Positions 38,241-50,100 of a stretch of DNA of 64,000 bases are shown here, in pieces. The stretch lies in NCBI RefSeq assembly GCF_963676685.1, contig NC_092345.1:60884001-60948000 (forward strand), in the 5' to 3' direction. The position numbers were made by a program, and so were the translations under genes. Positions within the stretch are counted from its first letter, which is position 1. The number at the start of each line of letters is the position of its first letter. This DNA is from Mytilus edulis. Its lineage: Eukaryota. Below the pieces are notes generated by a model, which did not search any database, was not told the DNA's origin, and worked only from the letters and a program-made list of their open reading frames with translations.

Positions 38241-38865
38241 CTGCAGATCAACACCTTACAAACAGGAAATTTTCAATGACGTTCCTGTTTCTTTTTCAAG
38301 TGGTAACAGTACTGGAGGTAGTTCTGTCAATATTGATATGCAGCCAATCGACGACAGACTAAATCTACCTGTCGAAATAAACCAACCACGTGATAGTTTA
38401 TTTACAGATTTAAGTTTTGGTGCTTTATTGCGGAGATCTAGTAACCGTTCAATGAAATCCATAAAATCGAACAAATCAAACCGCCAAAAAAATATAAAAA
38501 GAGACAGGGTAGATGATCGACCACAATATTTGAATAGACCATCTCAGCTTATGGCTTTCATGTGGCAGACAATACGCCGGCGAAGATCAAGAAGCTTTAC
38601 AAATACCAATTCTCAAGACAATTTCAAAAGAAAAGTGTCTAAATCAAAAAGTTTGAATGACCTTACTGATGAATTAAATAGTAAATCACATCTAGAAGTA
38701 CATAAAACGTGTACAGACCCTAGTATGTCCAAATACAATAGTCAATCTACGGAGACCATTTCCACAAATGATGCAATTTCTATAAAAGATGATAGTGATA
38801 TACAAACTGAGTCCAGTATAAACAGTCATCCTACTTTTGAAGTAATAGTCACTTCTTATGATTAA
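38241..38865 (+). CDS. Mucin-like membrane protein, cytoplasmic last exon (full model 467 aa)
   Basis: Acceptor tcattgcag in phase 2, in frame with ORF 38338-38865; Arg/Ser-rich tail. Confidence 0.85.
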
Positions 38866-39139
38866 TTTTGTTAAAACTTGCATTGCAACAATTTGTTTTC
38901 TACTTTCTATAATAAGAGTATTATGAGGAATCGTTTTTTAAACTTTTTTTCCAATACTGGTACCTTGAATTTATAAAAATTCAAAGTTATGTACCAGTTA
39001 TACGAAAATGCTACACAACTAAGATTTATTTTATTTATATGAGACGGGCTGCATTTAGTTGTTTCTTAGAAAGAATAAACCGAGGCTAGCCTTTTCTCTT
39101 AACTGTACGTTTAGATATATAAAGATGATGAAATCTTTC

Positions 39140-39720
39140 TGAGTAAGGGGACTATTTTGAACGCAACTATTTAGATAAAGGTTACCACAGACACAGTTAA
39201 TTCATATCTTGATATGCATAAAAAAAAAGACAATCAGGGTAGTTGAGAACAAAAATTTACAGCACATGAGGGGATTTCAGCTATCCAATTGTTAACTTTC
39301 CTTTTCTATGTAGCGAAATTCAAGTAGTGCCTTCATATTAAGAATATATATCATAAATTTGATACGACTGTCATACAAGTGAGAGGTTTAGCTAGCTATA
39401 AAACCAGGTTCAATCCACCATTTTCTACATAAGAGAATGCCTGTACCAAGTCAGGAATATGACAGTTGTTATCCATTCGTTTGATGTGTTTGGACTTTTG
39501 ATTTTGCCTTTTGATTTTGGATTTTCCTTTTTGAATTTTCCCCGGAGTTCAGTATTTTTGTGTTTTTACTTTTCACAGGTAATACGATATTTTAGATCTT
39601 GATAAAGAGTTGATTTTTTATAAGGAATATATTGAACCACGGGTTCTAAGTGGTAAAGTTTTACAGTTAGCGATTAAATACCTGTTTCACAGTTAATAAC
39701 GGATATATTCTAATGGTCGT
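39140..39720 (+). mobile_element. Penelope-like RT C-terminal relic interrupted by a family C repeat (39355-39574)
   Basis: Relics of SYLD, LRTK.Y, DF.YPIVNFPFLCS.I and SQ.IRY motifs. Confidence 0.7.
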
Positions 39721-40579
39721 AACCTAAATCCCATCCTCTTGATCAGTCTTTATTATTTTATGTAGTGCTTTAGTTGAAGACTTTTCGTCGTCATCCGTGT
39801 TTTCGTTTGTTATTGATTTGTCAGTTTTTCTTAAATCTTAGAATTTTAATTGTATACCAATTAAGCATGAAATTCCTTCGGAGTAAGAGTATATCTCGTG
39901 TATAACATATTTTTATGCATACGATACAATCAGATTGATTACCTGAAAATTAACTCCTCTTTGTAACAATTATTTATTTAGATTCAATCGAAGTACGAAT
40001 AAATGAAGGAATCATGTATTCAATGTGTGTTTTTAATTAAAGTATTTAAACATGATGGTTATAACAACTTATATAACTACTATTGCATAGCCAATCATCT
40101 ATTTCTAAAGCTAATAACAATTGTCATTGCATATAATCAGCAATGGTCAAACGAATGTGAATATAAAATGTCGGGCCTTAGAATAGGTAGTTGAAAGTTT
40201 ATAAAAAGTTATTTCAAAGAGTCCGAGACGGACAGACAATTAGAAAATAATTTGCTAATTCTCTCAACCTGATTATTTTTTTTTCATACCAAACAATCTT
40301 AAGGGGGTACGCAAACACCATTTAAAATGCTGTTTTCACAATACCGATGACACAAAACGTTGAGCAACTTAGTTTAAAATATGGCTCTGCTTACTGCATG
40401 CACATAATCATATAAACATATTTATGGAAATTGGAATCAAACAATTTAAAAAATAACTCAATTTGGTATAATATAACAAGATAATTGTATACAGCATCCA
40501 CATATTTTGGTATCAATTTCATCATACAAAGGCCCCGGCATAACAAAAAGTGAAATAATTCAAAAGAGAACCCCAACTG

Positions 40580-40978
40580 GTTTCGTCTACACAAGACTCA
40601 TCAGTGTCGCTTAGATAAAAATAGTTAGAAAGCCAAACAAATACAAAGTTGAAGAGCATTGATGACTCAAAATTAAAAACAAATTGTCCCATATACGGTT
40701 AAGGTAATTTATGATTGGGATGGGAAAATCCTTAGTATTTCGAAAAATTCATACTTAAGCAAACAGTAAATTTATAAAAAATGACAGTATGATTGATATT
40801 CATATCAACACCAAAGTGCTTACAACGGTGCTGGTGATACCCTCGGGGGCGAAATGTCCACCAGTAGTGGCATCGACCCAATGGTGTAAATAGTTATCAA
40901 AGGTACCAGACTTATAAATTTAATACGCAAGACGCGCGTTTCGTATACATAAGACTCAATAGTGAGGCTCAGATCAAA
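40580..40978 (-). mobile_element. Retrozyme-type unit: 358-bp monomer bounded by two hammerhead motifs
   Basis: Minus strand: CTGATGA-GTCT-TGTGT-AGAC-GAAAC at 40580-40604 (core intact, truncated before the cleavage site) and CTATTGA-GTCT-TATGT-ATAC-GAAA-CGCGC-GTC at 40931-40962 (core mutated, palindromic helix III and GUC intact). Confidence 0.8.
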
Positions 40979-42736
40979 ATACTTGATAGTCAAACTATTC
41001 AACCATCCCCTTACCGGGAAAAGTGGTGATACACTTGAGTGTCAAAAAAAATGATTGTATGAGGACATTTTAAATAACTGTGATAAGAGTAAGAGGGTGA
41101 TAAAGGGTTATTTTCGTGCAACGTGTTTTGCCATTTTTATTTCACGTGCAGCCGTGAAAAAGGTTCGTTATTCACAGTGTTTCGTGAAATCGGTAAAAAG
41201 ATCAACGTGCAAGAAATTTTTAATTGTTCGTTCATCGTGAAATGGCAATTTTATTCCGCGTTCTTCCGTGCAGATACTCCCCCTTTACGCCCCTCGAGTA
41301 ACTTTCAGAAGAAAGAGTTTTGTATGAAGATCTTCGATGTATGGCATGCAGCCAAGTAACATTAGTATATAACGATAACATAACTGTGTTCAAATGATAC
41401 CATTGTTTTTTTGTCAGGACATCCTTTATCTTATCTAATCCTGCACACATGTGATTTGGAAAATTGACAACTAAATAGACTAGAATATTATACAATTGTC
41501 GTAGATACATTTAAACAAACTATTTAATGAAATATTGAGGAAAATATCTGTTTTTGTTTTAAAATTATGCTTAGATACAAATAACAACAATCAAACTAAT
41601 GTGAAAAGTTTAACATTCAGCATGACTTATCAGCAACTTACAACTTACAGGGAACATATCATTTAATTTCAAACAAAAGTAAAACATCTGAATAAATATA
41701 ATTCACAATTCATATTGATAAAAACTTGCTTCATCATATTTAGGATATTGGTAACTTTGTATCAAGATTCTTTTGAAAATAAAAGGTATTGTTTAGTATA
41801 GATAAAATTCACACCATTATTTGAACATGTTGAAGTCTTTGTTTTTGTTAGATGTTTTTCAGCATTGTATCCATCTGATGAGTTGAACACTTTTCAACTG
41901 ATTTTTTTATAATTAGTTCTTATGTTATACTCTGGCACCACAGTTCAAGGTTAGATCGAGGGTTTGGCACCAACTGAGAAATCAAGCAAAACTAAAGCTA
42001 TCTTGCACTCATCAAGATCTAACCATGTTTGAATGAAAAGAATATATTTAAAAATAAATGTTTTTAATGTATTATGGAACAATAGTAGGCGTGGCAATAG
42101 CCCTATGTCGAATAAACTGATGATTTTCGTGTCGCATGACTATTTTTGTAGATTTTATTTTCCGGTCAGTTCTCTTGATTATAGTTACTAAACAAAAATG
42201 AAGAGCACGTGGTAATTTTGTTGTTTAAGGTAATAAATCTGATAAGGAATTGATTGATTATTTAACTCACGCGGATTCATTTTGTATATATCTGATCTTG
42301 CTGATAATGATTCTTGTTTTCATTTTCTCTTTATTAATAAGAAATTTCACGACCGTCTCTAAATTTTCATTCAAAGTCAATCAACAATATGAGAGATCTT
42401 GGTTGGCTGTTTATAATTTCTCTCTAGTATGGTTTAATATAATGGAATTTGATGCGACTGTCATACAAGTGAGAGGTTTAGCGCTAGAAACCAGGTCCAA
42501 TCCACCATTTTCTACATTCGAAAATGCCTATACCAAGTCAGGAATGTGACAGTTGTTGTCCATTCGTTTGATGTGTTTTATCATTTGATTTTGCCATTTG
42601 ATTAGGGACTTTTCATTTTAAATTTTCCTCGGAAATCGGTATTTTTGTGATTTTACTTTTTTACAAGATAAATATGAATAAGAATATGCGTCTTTTGAAC
42701 ACTATCAGTATGGCATTCTAATGTTGAATGAACAAT

Positions 42737-44610
42737 AGCGAAACTGTGTCAAAACCCTAATGTATCGCACATCTTAGAACGTTTTCTTCATATTAAACAT
42801 ATATGTAATAATTTGTGTAACTCAATTTTCATGATCACGGAATATAAATTAATTACAACAAATATCAGCACTGTATTGCATTTATCAATAAAAATTATTG
42901 GGCTTTTCCTCGTCGGACCGACCAATACTTTTCCGAATAAAAGTATGCTAACAAACAAATTATAAAACGGAGTGCCTGGTTTTCTGTCCATCTGTCGCGT
43001 CTTGAAATCATAAGTTGAGCCTCGAGGGACAATATTTTTGCTATTTCTCTCATAGCAAGTGTATATTATACAATTAGATAACATCGGTATCAGTTTTAAT
43101 CACATTTAAGGTTTAAACACATGTCTCATAGTCTGATTGAAGAAGTTGCTTACACACGGGGTTATGTGAGTGGCTTCTTTTATTACTTTTTGTTGAAATT
43201 TGTAATGTTCCTGTAAGTTTTTGCCAGAACATTTTGTCGGAGTATTTGAGATATGTATAAGTTTGCAGGAAACATCTTAGATCATAGTCTAACAAATTAA
43301 AGTCAATGTCTTCAATGAGCAAAACTAGTAAATGGCGTCGGTGTTTCAATGTTTGGTGAAAAGCCTTCTGAAATTCCAATTGGCACCATTCACTTTCGAT
43401 GAAATTTGATGACAGAACTAATAGTGTAAATCTGCTATTCTCAACGCTATTGATGATATTTTCGGCTATGCAGGCCCCAGGTATGAAATCTTTGTGGTGC
43501 AGGCAAAGACTAGCATCCGGTAACAAAGATTGCAGTCTCTTAAATAACACATCGTATACCCATCGTTCATCTGACGAGCTGTATGAAATAAAAGCGTCGT
43601 AATGTTTGGGAATATCAGGACAATGACACTGAATGGAAGTTTTTACTCTATACAGTTGTGCAATTCTAGATTTAGCGAAACTGTGTCAAAACCCTAATGT
43701 ATCGCACATCTTAGAACGTTTTCTTCATATTAAACATATATGTAATAATTTGTGTAACTCAATTTTCATGATCACGGAATATAAATTAATTACAACAAAT
43801 ATCAGCACTGTATTGCATTTATCAATAAAAATTATTGGGCTTTTCCTCGTCGGACCGACCAATACTTTTCCGAATAAAAGTATGCTAACAAACAAATTAT
43901 AAAACGGAGTGCCTGGTTTTCTGTCCATCTGTCGCGTCTTGAAATCATAAGTTGAGCCTCGAGGGACAATATTTTTGCTATTTCTCTCATAGCAAGTGTA
44001 TATTATACAATTAGATAACATCGGTATCAGTTTTAATCACATTTAAGGTTTAAACACATGTCTCATAGTCTGATTGAAGAAGTTGCTTACACACGGGGTT
44101 ATGTGAGTGGCTTCTTTTATTACTTTTTGTTGAAATTTGTAATGTTCCTGTAAGTTTTTGCCAGAACATTTTGTCGGAGTATTTGAGATATGTATAAGTT
44201 TGCAGGAAACATCTTAGATCATAGTCTAACAAATTAAAGTCAATGTCTTCAATGAGCAAAACTAGTAAATGGCGTCGGTGTTTCAATGTTTGGTGAAAAG
44301 CCTTCTGAAATTCCAATTGGCACCATTCACTTTCGATGAAATTTGATGACAGAACTAATAGTGTAAATCTGCTATTCTCAACGCTATTGATGATATTTTC
44401 GGCTATGCAGGCCCCAGGTATGAAATCTTTGTGGTGCAGGCAAAGACTAGCATCCGGTAACAAAGATTGCAGTCTCTTAAATAACACATCGTATACCCAT
44501 CGTTCATCTGACGAGCTGTATGAAATAAAAGCGTCGTAATGTTTGGGAATATCAGGACAATGACACTGAATGGAAGTTTTTACTCTATACAGTTGTGCAA
44601 TTCTAGATTT
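42737..44610. repeat. Head-to-tail tandem duplication of 937 bp (42737-43673, 43674-44610), apparently identical
   Basis: Three ORF pairs recur at an offset of 937; junction ttctagattt|agcgaaac with 1-bp microhomology. Confidence 0.95.
43113..43673 (-). pseudogene. Duplicated TLR cytoplasmic/TIR segment with no start codon, ectodomain or TM
   Basis: Identical to the TLR C-terminus from KSRIAQ onward; in-frame TGA just upstream and no ATG before the TIR. Confidence 0.8.
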
Positions 44611-45876
44611 GTATTTAAAAAGTAGACACGCAACAAGAATGGCAAGAAAAACAAGCAAAAATGCGAGAATAGAATAATTAATCCTTTCGAAGATTCCCTC
44701 CCTGGCACCTACTAAACTTTCAGTTTTCTTACACATTCTTTCGTATGAATATTCAGATATGTTTTTCAAGTTTCTTTTGCTTTCTTGATCTATACACTGC
44801 ATTGTTTTAAGATATGTATATTGCCTCCAGTTCTTGTCATTAATCTCAGCAATGAATTCATAAAATAATTTTTGGTTACACGTACAAATAAGTGGGTTTT
44901 CTCTTATATTAACTGTATTTCTTTTTAACGCTTTTAACTTCTTCATATCTTGATTAGATATTTCAGCTATTACATTTTTTGACAAGTTAACGTTTAGATG
45001 ACTATTGAACATAATTGGTATGTAAATAAAGCTTATGTCCTCAATTTTGTTCATGGACAGATCAATCTGCTCCAATCTATCCACAGTTTCGTACATAGAG
45101 TATGTGAACAAACTACTTGGAGTCCGTGCTAAATTATTATTAGTCAAGTTAATTACATTCAAGGAGTTAAATATGCCGTTTTGTAATAAGTCGTTAATTC
45201 TTATTTCGGCGGTATATCTGTCCAGAGATGACATTTCAATATACTTGAGATTATTATGAGCACATCTTTCATGCCGTTTCAGTTCATTTCTATAATACTC
45301 CTCTAGATCCATTGATTTGTTTGCGATAGAGTACCGTTCTGACGGTTCAATAAAATTAAAAGAACTATTTTGAAAAATGAAAGTTAGTAAAGTGTTGGAT
45401 ATTTGACATTTCTCGTATGTCAATAACTTTCTGAAATTTTTCCGTATGTGTTTCACATGAACCAAGTGGCTGTACTCTATTTTGCAGTTGGTAAATTTCA
45501 AATTTTGCACTACCGATTCGATCGACAAAACTTCTGGTGAAAAATCATAATCATAATAATCGGTAATATAACAGTTCCTTACGGTTAATGATGTAAATCC
45601 CGGTAATTTTATTGGTTGCCTTATACTTATATTTCCACCACCATGACATTCTATTTCCAATGTAAATTGCTCGTCTTCTAAGTAAGACTTCTTTGTACCG
45701 TTCATAAGTTCACGAAAAATGTCCAGGCACCATTGTTCTCCATTGGTCACATCACAGATTACATTTGTAGGAGAAATATCAAGAAAGATCTTGCAGGATT
45801 TACCGATAAATCTTTGTCCATTTCCATACTGAAAATCAACCAGAAATAATATGCTATAAATCAGGAAAAACGGCAT
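44050..45876 (-). CDS. Toll-like receptor, single exon, short ectodomain, 608 aa
   Basis: Signal peptide; LRRs (LNVINLTNNNL, LEQIDLSMNKI, LNVNLSKNVI); LRR-CT (NPLICTC...C...C); TM (ILAFLLVFLAILVACLLF); TIR box1 YDAFISYS, BB-loop HKDFIPG, S..F..SEWC..EF, and box3 FWQKL. Confidence 0.95.
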   Translation of the reverse strand: MPFFLIYSILFLVDFQYGNGQRFIGKSCKIFLDISPTNVICDVTNGEQWCLDIFRELMNGTKKSYLEDEQFTLEIECHGGGNISIRQPIKLPGFTSLTVRNCYITDYYDYDFSPEVLSIESVVQNLKFTNCKIEYSHLVHVKHIRKNFRKLLTYEKCQISNTLLTFIFQNSSFNFIEPSERYSIANKSMDLEEYYRNELKRHERCAHNNLKYIEMSSLDRYTAEIRINDLLQNGIFNSLNVINLTNNNLARTPSSLFTYSMYETVDRLEQIDLSMNKIEDISFIYIPIMFNSHLNVNLSKNVIAEISNQDMKKLKALKRNTVNIRENPLICTCNQKLFYEFIAEINDKNWRQYTYLKTMQCIDQESKRNLKNISEYSYERMCKKTESLVGAREGIFERINYSILAFLLVFLAILVACLLFKYKSRIAQLYRVKTSIQCHCPDIPKHYDAFISYSSSDERWVYDVLFKRLQSLLPDASLCLHHKDFIPGACIAENIINSVENSRFTLLVLSSNFIESEWCQLEFQKAFHQTLKHRRHLLVLLIEDIDFNLLDYDLRCFLQTYTYLKYSDKMFWQKLTGTLQISTKSNKRSHSHNPVCKQLLQSDYETCV

Positions 45877-46346
45877 TGTTTACTTTGATCTTCAATGCAA
45901 TATAAACAACATTAAAAACTATACTATTGTGTTCTTCAGTTTTTTAAAGTCGCTTTGTATTGGATCATTTTCTATTAAACATTGATCGCTGTTAAGTAGT
46001 CATAAGGGAAACGGAAGTTTGTCCAATTGAAAAGTTACAAATGTCGACTACTATACCACTCTATATAGTTGTTTTCATTAAAAAGGAAATGAATGAAACA
46101 ATAGATGAGTTGGTTAATTTCCTGTCAATATACACTATAAATTGTCACATATTTACTAGTATAGTAAGGTAATAACAAACAAAAATATCGAAAGAAAAGA
46201 ATTATAGCTGTTAAATTTCATTTCCAATGCATATTCTCTGCAATAAGAAAAAAAACCCTACAAATCAACAGATTATTACTGAACGACCTTGTAACTTTAA
46301 AAAAAAAGGGGGGGGTTATGTTTTTATTACAAACACAAATATCCTG

Positions 46347-47112
46347 GGAGAGATCCGTTTGCGCCAAAAATGCGTCCTTTTGCGCCACAACTTTTTTTCT
46401 CCAATGCTACGTTTGCGCCACCTGTTTTAAAATTACATGGTATCATTTGCGCCAAAAATAAAAAATACGATTGTGCCAATTAGAAGAAAAACGACTTCCC
46501 TCCTTCTTTATTCGGACTTGGAACCAGCAGTTTACACGTCAAATGTTTCCTTTTCTGACACACACTTTCTTCTTACTGCTGGTGCATGGGTATCCCCTAG
46601 TAAATGTATGTAGTAACTTGTAACTTCACTTTATTGTCCAAAAAGACAAACATTGAAGGATGAAATGTATAAAACAGTTCATACTAATTCCTGTGGAATG
46701 CTTCTGCTCCATTACTGGTACGTCTTGCGGTTACGGTAGATAGAGTTTCAGCCAATACGGATGGTGGGAACAAAGTACTGTGTCATCAACATATGTGGCT
46801 AAAACATAATCTGCAAAAAGCTTCTATTTTCTTCTCTTTTGGCATATCTTGTATTAAATATTCAGCAAAGCAATAAGTCTCTGTACATGGACTCTTTTCT
46901 CTCCAGATGCTCATCTTCATAGTGAAATATCTCCGAACATAGGATACTTTTTAAGCCAAAAATAAGAACAAATATTAATCATTAAGATATATGTACAGGT
47001 AAATTGGCGCAAATGAGTTCCGATTATTGGCGCAATTGATACATTTGGAAAACAAAATTTGGCGCAAATGATACCCCTGAAAAACAGTAATTGGCGCAAA
47101 AGGACTGCTGCC
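46347..47112 (-). mobile_element. Internally deleted MULE, copy 2
   Basis: Perfect 9-bp TSD aatatcctg (46338-46346, 47113-47121); colinear with 28369-29099. Confidence 0.88.
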
Positions 47113-50100
47113 AATATCCTGATGTCCTAATTGGTGCTTTGCTTTTGCGCCAATTGGCATTTCATTTGCGCCAAAAAAAAATCTTTCATTTGCACCACAA
47201 ACTATATTTCATTTGCGCCAATAGCAGTCTATGGAAGAAGCGATTCTTTAAAAACTTTTTCTTATATCAACGAGCGATATTGTCTTATATCAACGAGTTG
47301 CATTGTGGGAAATTTAAGAATAATGTTAGCATTTGTACGAAGAAAAGCAGAGTTCTCGGCATAAAGTAATGACTTTTTTTCTTAAAACGCGGTGACATTT
47401 AACACGACATACGTCTGGCGTATAATTTCCATGAATTATTTTATGTAATAACAAACGAGACAATTGAATTGTTGAATAAATGAAACATAAATGCACTATT
47501 TATCATTTGTATATATACACATTCTATAAATATCATGTAGCATATTCAGTGGAATGCATTTGAGATGAATTCAATTGTTTGCTAAGCCAAAATCACCTTT
47601 AAGTCAAAAATACTGCTATATTTTATTATATCAATGCGATATTTGTCTTATATCGTAGCGTTGATTTTTTAATATCAAAAATTTATGAATGTGATACTTT
47701 TCTAATATAACTGCTTTAGTTTTCTAATATAAAATGAATACGATGACACGTCACAATGCATGTCAAGAAAACTTAAAACATAATACAAAAACTTAGATCA
47801 TGACCGGTTTAATGGTTTAAATAAAGGCAACAGTAAAACTGTTACAAAATTAACGCTTACATGAACTTATCATTTCGAAAATGTTGCTTGACCCTATTGA
47901 TAGTTGAAAGTGTGAACAACCTGTTCAGTCTATTGTATTCAATCACATGGTTTAACCGACTAATTCTATTTGAAGTGATGATGCAATGGCGGAATTTAAA
48001 TGCGGTTGCAAATAGTCTACCGACCTATTAGATTCTAATATACTGGTCACAATGCTATATCCTATCCACCTTGATAATATCGAAATAGACAAAAAATATC
48101 ATTACTTAAAAGAAACATTCATTCAAACAATCCAATCCAATACAGCTCCAAATTACAATGAATATTCAAATGGTAAAACAAATAATCCAAACAAATTAAA
48201 ATGTACAAATGCTGATGTCCAGAGCTTTGAAGATACCAACTGAGGTAGCCTCAGACTATAAATTGGACCACTTCAGATACAACGAAAATCAAAAATCTTG
48301 TCAAACAGAAAATGTATTTATTATTAACATAGAAAACATATTGAGAAGGAAAACAGTTCTTTTTGGATATCAAAGACTTTTCCCGTTGGAATATCGATAT
48401 CTTTATGAACATAATCAGCTCGCCGCGTGGACGCTCTTTTCCATCTCGATGACCATGACGGCATTCCGATGTATTGTTGCCAGAGATTTGACTTTCGTTT
48501 TTGACAAGTAATCGATCGTATAAATACGTGAACATTTATTGGTGCAAAATAAAAATCCGTATCGCTTGTTATAAATTCAATTCTTCAATGAGTAATAAAA
48601 AAAAATTGTTAAGAACACAAATAAATAAGATGTAAATGTATTTTGACGTTAGAAATGTGTATATATCTTCTCTATATTTATAAATTTAGATCGTTTAGTT
48701 GGAGGACTGGAAAGCAGTTATTTATAAGGGGACATTTTAAAGATTTATAGATATAAGAAGATGGTGCATGAGTTCGAATGAGACAACTTTCCATCAAAGT
48801 AATTATTTGTTTAAAGTAAACCATTATAGATCAAAATAGGGCCTTAAACACGGAGCCTTGGCTCACAACGAACACCATGCTATATAGGAACAAAAACATT
48901 ACTAGTGTTAAACCATTCAAACAGGAAAACCAACGGTCTAATTTGTATAAAAAAGGAGATTCAAAAGTACAGGTCAGATTTTGTCGAATCAATCTGAACG
49001 AGGACAGTATGATTCATCTTTGTCACAAGTTAGTTTCATTGTTATTAATAAAGAAAGTCTTACATGTGTGCGTTGCGATCATATCGGATATGTATTATTT
49101 CGATGCGTTCATTATAAAATTTGCTAAATGTTATATATGTGAACAATCATTTTGATACTTAGCTATTTGATTACGACATTGTTTATTAAACCCTTATTTA
49201 ATAAGCTTTGCTTCCAAAACCAATTGAGAAATATGTAAGATGTTACTAAAAACAATTTGAATTTAAGCAATGGTCTTAAAACTACTTATTTACATACAAA
49301 ACTACTAAGAAGTAAAATCACAAAAATACTGAACTCCGAGGAAAATTCAAAACAGAAAGTCCCTTATCAAATGGTAAAATCAGATGATAAAACACACCAA
49401 ACGAATGAATAACAACTGTCATATTTCTGACTCGGTATTGGCATTTTCAAATTTTGATAATGGTGGATTGAACCTGGTTTTATCGCACTTAACTTCTCAC
49501 GTGTATGACAGTTTCATCAAATTCTGTCATATTTACAAAGATGCGTGATTGAAGCAGTCATAATAGGTGAAATTGTCAAAATATTGGAACAGCAGTCTAA
49601 TATTTTAAATACTAATAAGTACTAATATTGATATAACAAAAACACCGCTATGATATTTTAAAAGTATCGCATTGATATAAGAAATAATAGCCTTTGTTTA
49701 TTTATGAAACTATATAAGAAAAACACAGCACTTCAAATTTTACACGGACATAAACTTTAGCTTCTAACTAACTTCTAAATGTATATTTAGACTCAATTGT
49801 TGTTTATATTTGAACAATACGTTTTAAAGTTAGTATTTTCTTAATTTTTCGTTGCCAAAAACAACAGCATCCGCATGGAATGTCTGCATATTTAAAATTG
49901 ATATTAGACAATACCGCTATGTGATGTAAGAAATGTTTTTATCGATACTCTTCTTCCATAGACTGAATAATAAAACTTTTCATTTACGCCAATATTACAG
50001 GTGAATACGCATGATACAGATTAATACAGGTATTAATAAAAAAAAATTAAAAAAGGTTAAAAAAAACATTTTTGATAAAGTTCTTTTTAGTCAAAACATA

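Noticed and set aside
41874-41905. CTGATGA plus hairpin as a hammerhead (similar site near 53460)
   Set aside because: No GAAA box follows the stem; it is part of a dispersed repeat.
42788-44021. Duplicated 98-aa ORF downstream of the TIR
   Set aside because: 3' flank sequence copied by the 937-bp duplication, with no coding signature.
48052-48535. Cluster of overlapping ORFs with moderately raised GC
   Set aside because: No recognisable motif or consistent splice sites in any frame I translated.
47221-49965. Short inverted matches (cagtctatggaagaag; tatatcaatgcgata) suggesting one large TIR element
   Set aside because: Matches are short and scattered with no TSD; independent repeat fragments are a simpler explanation.
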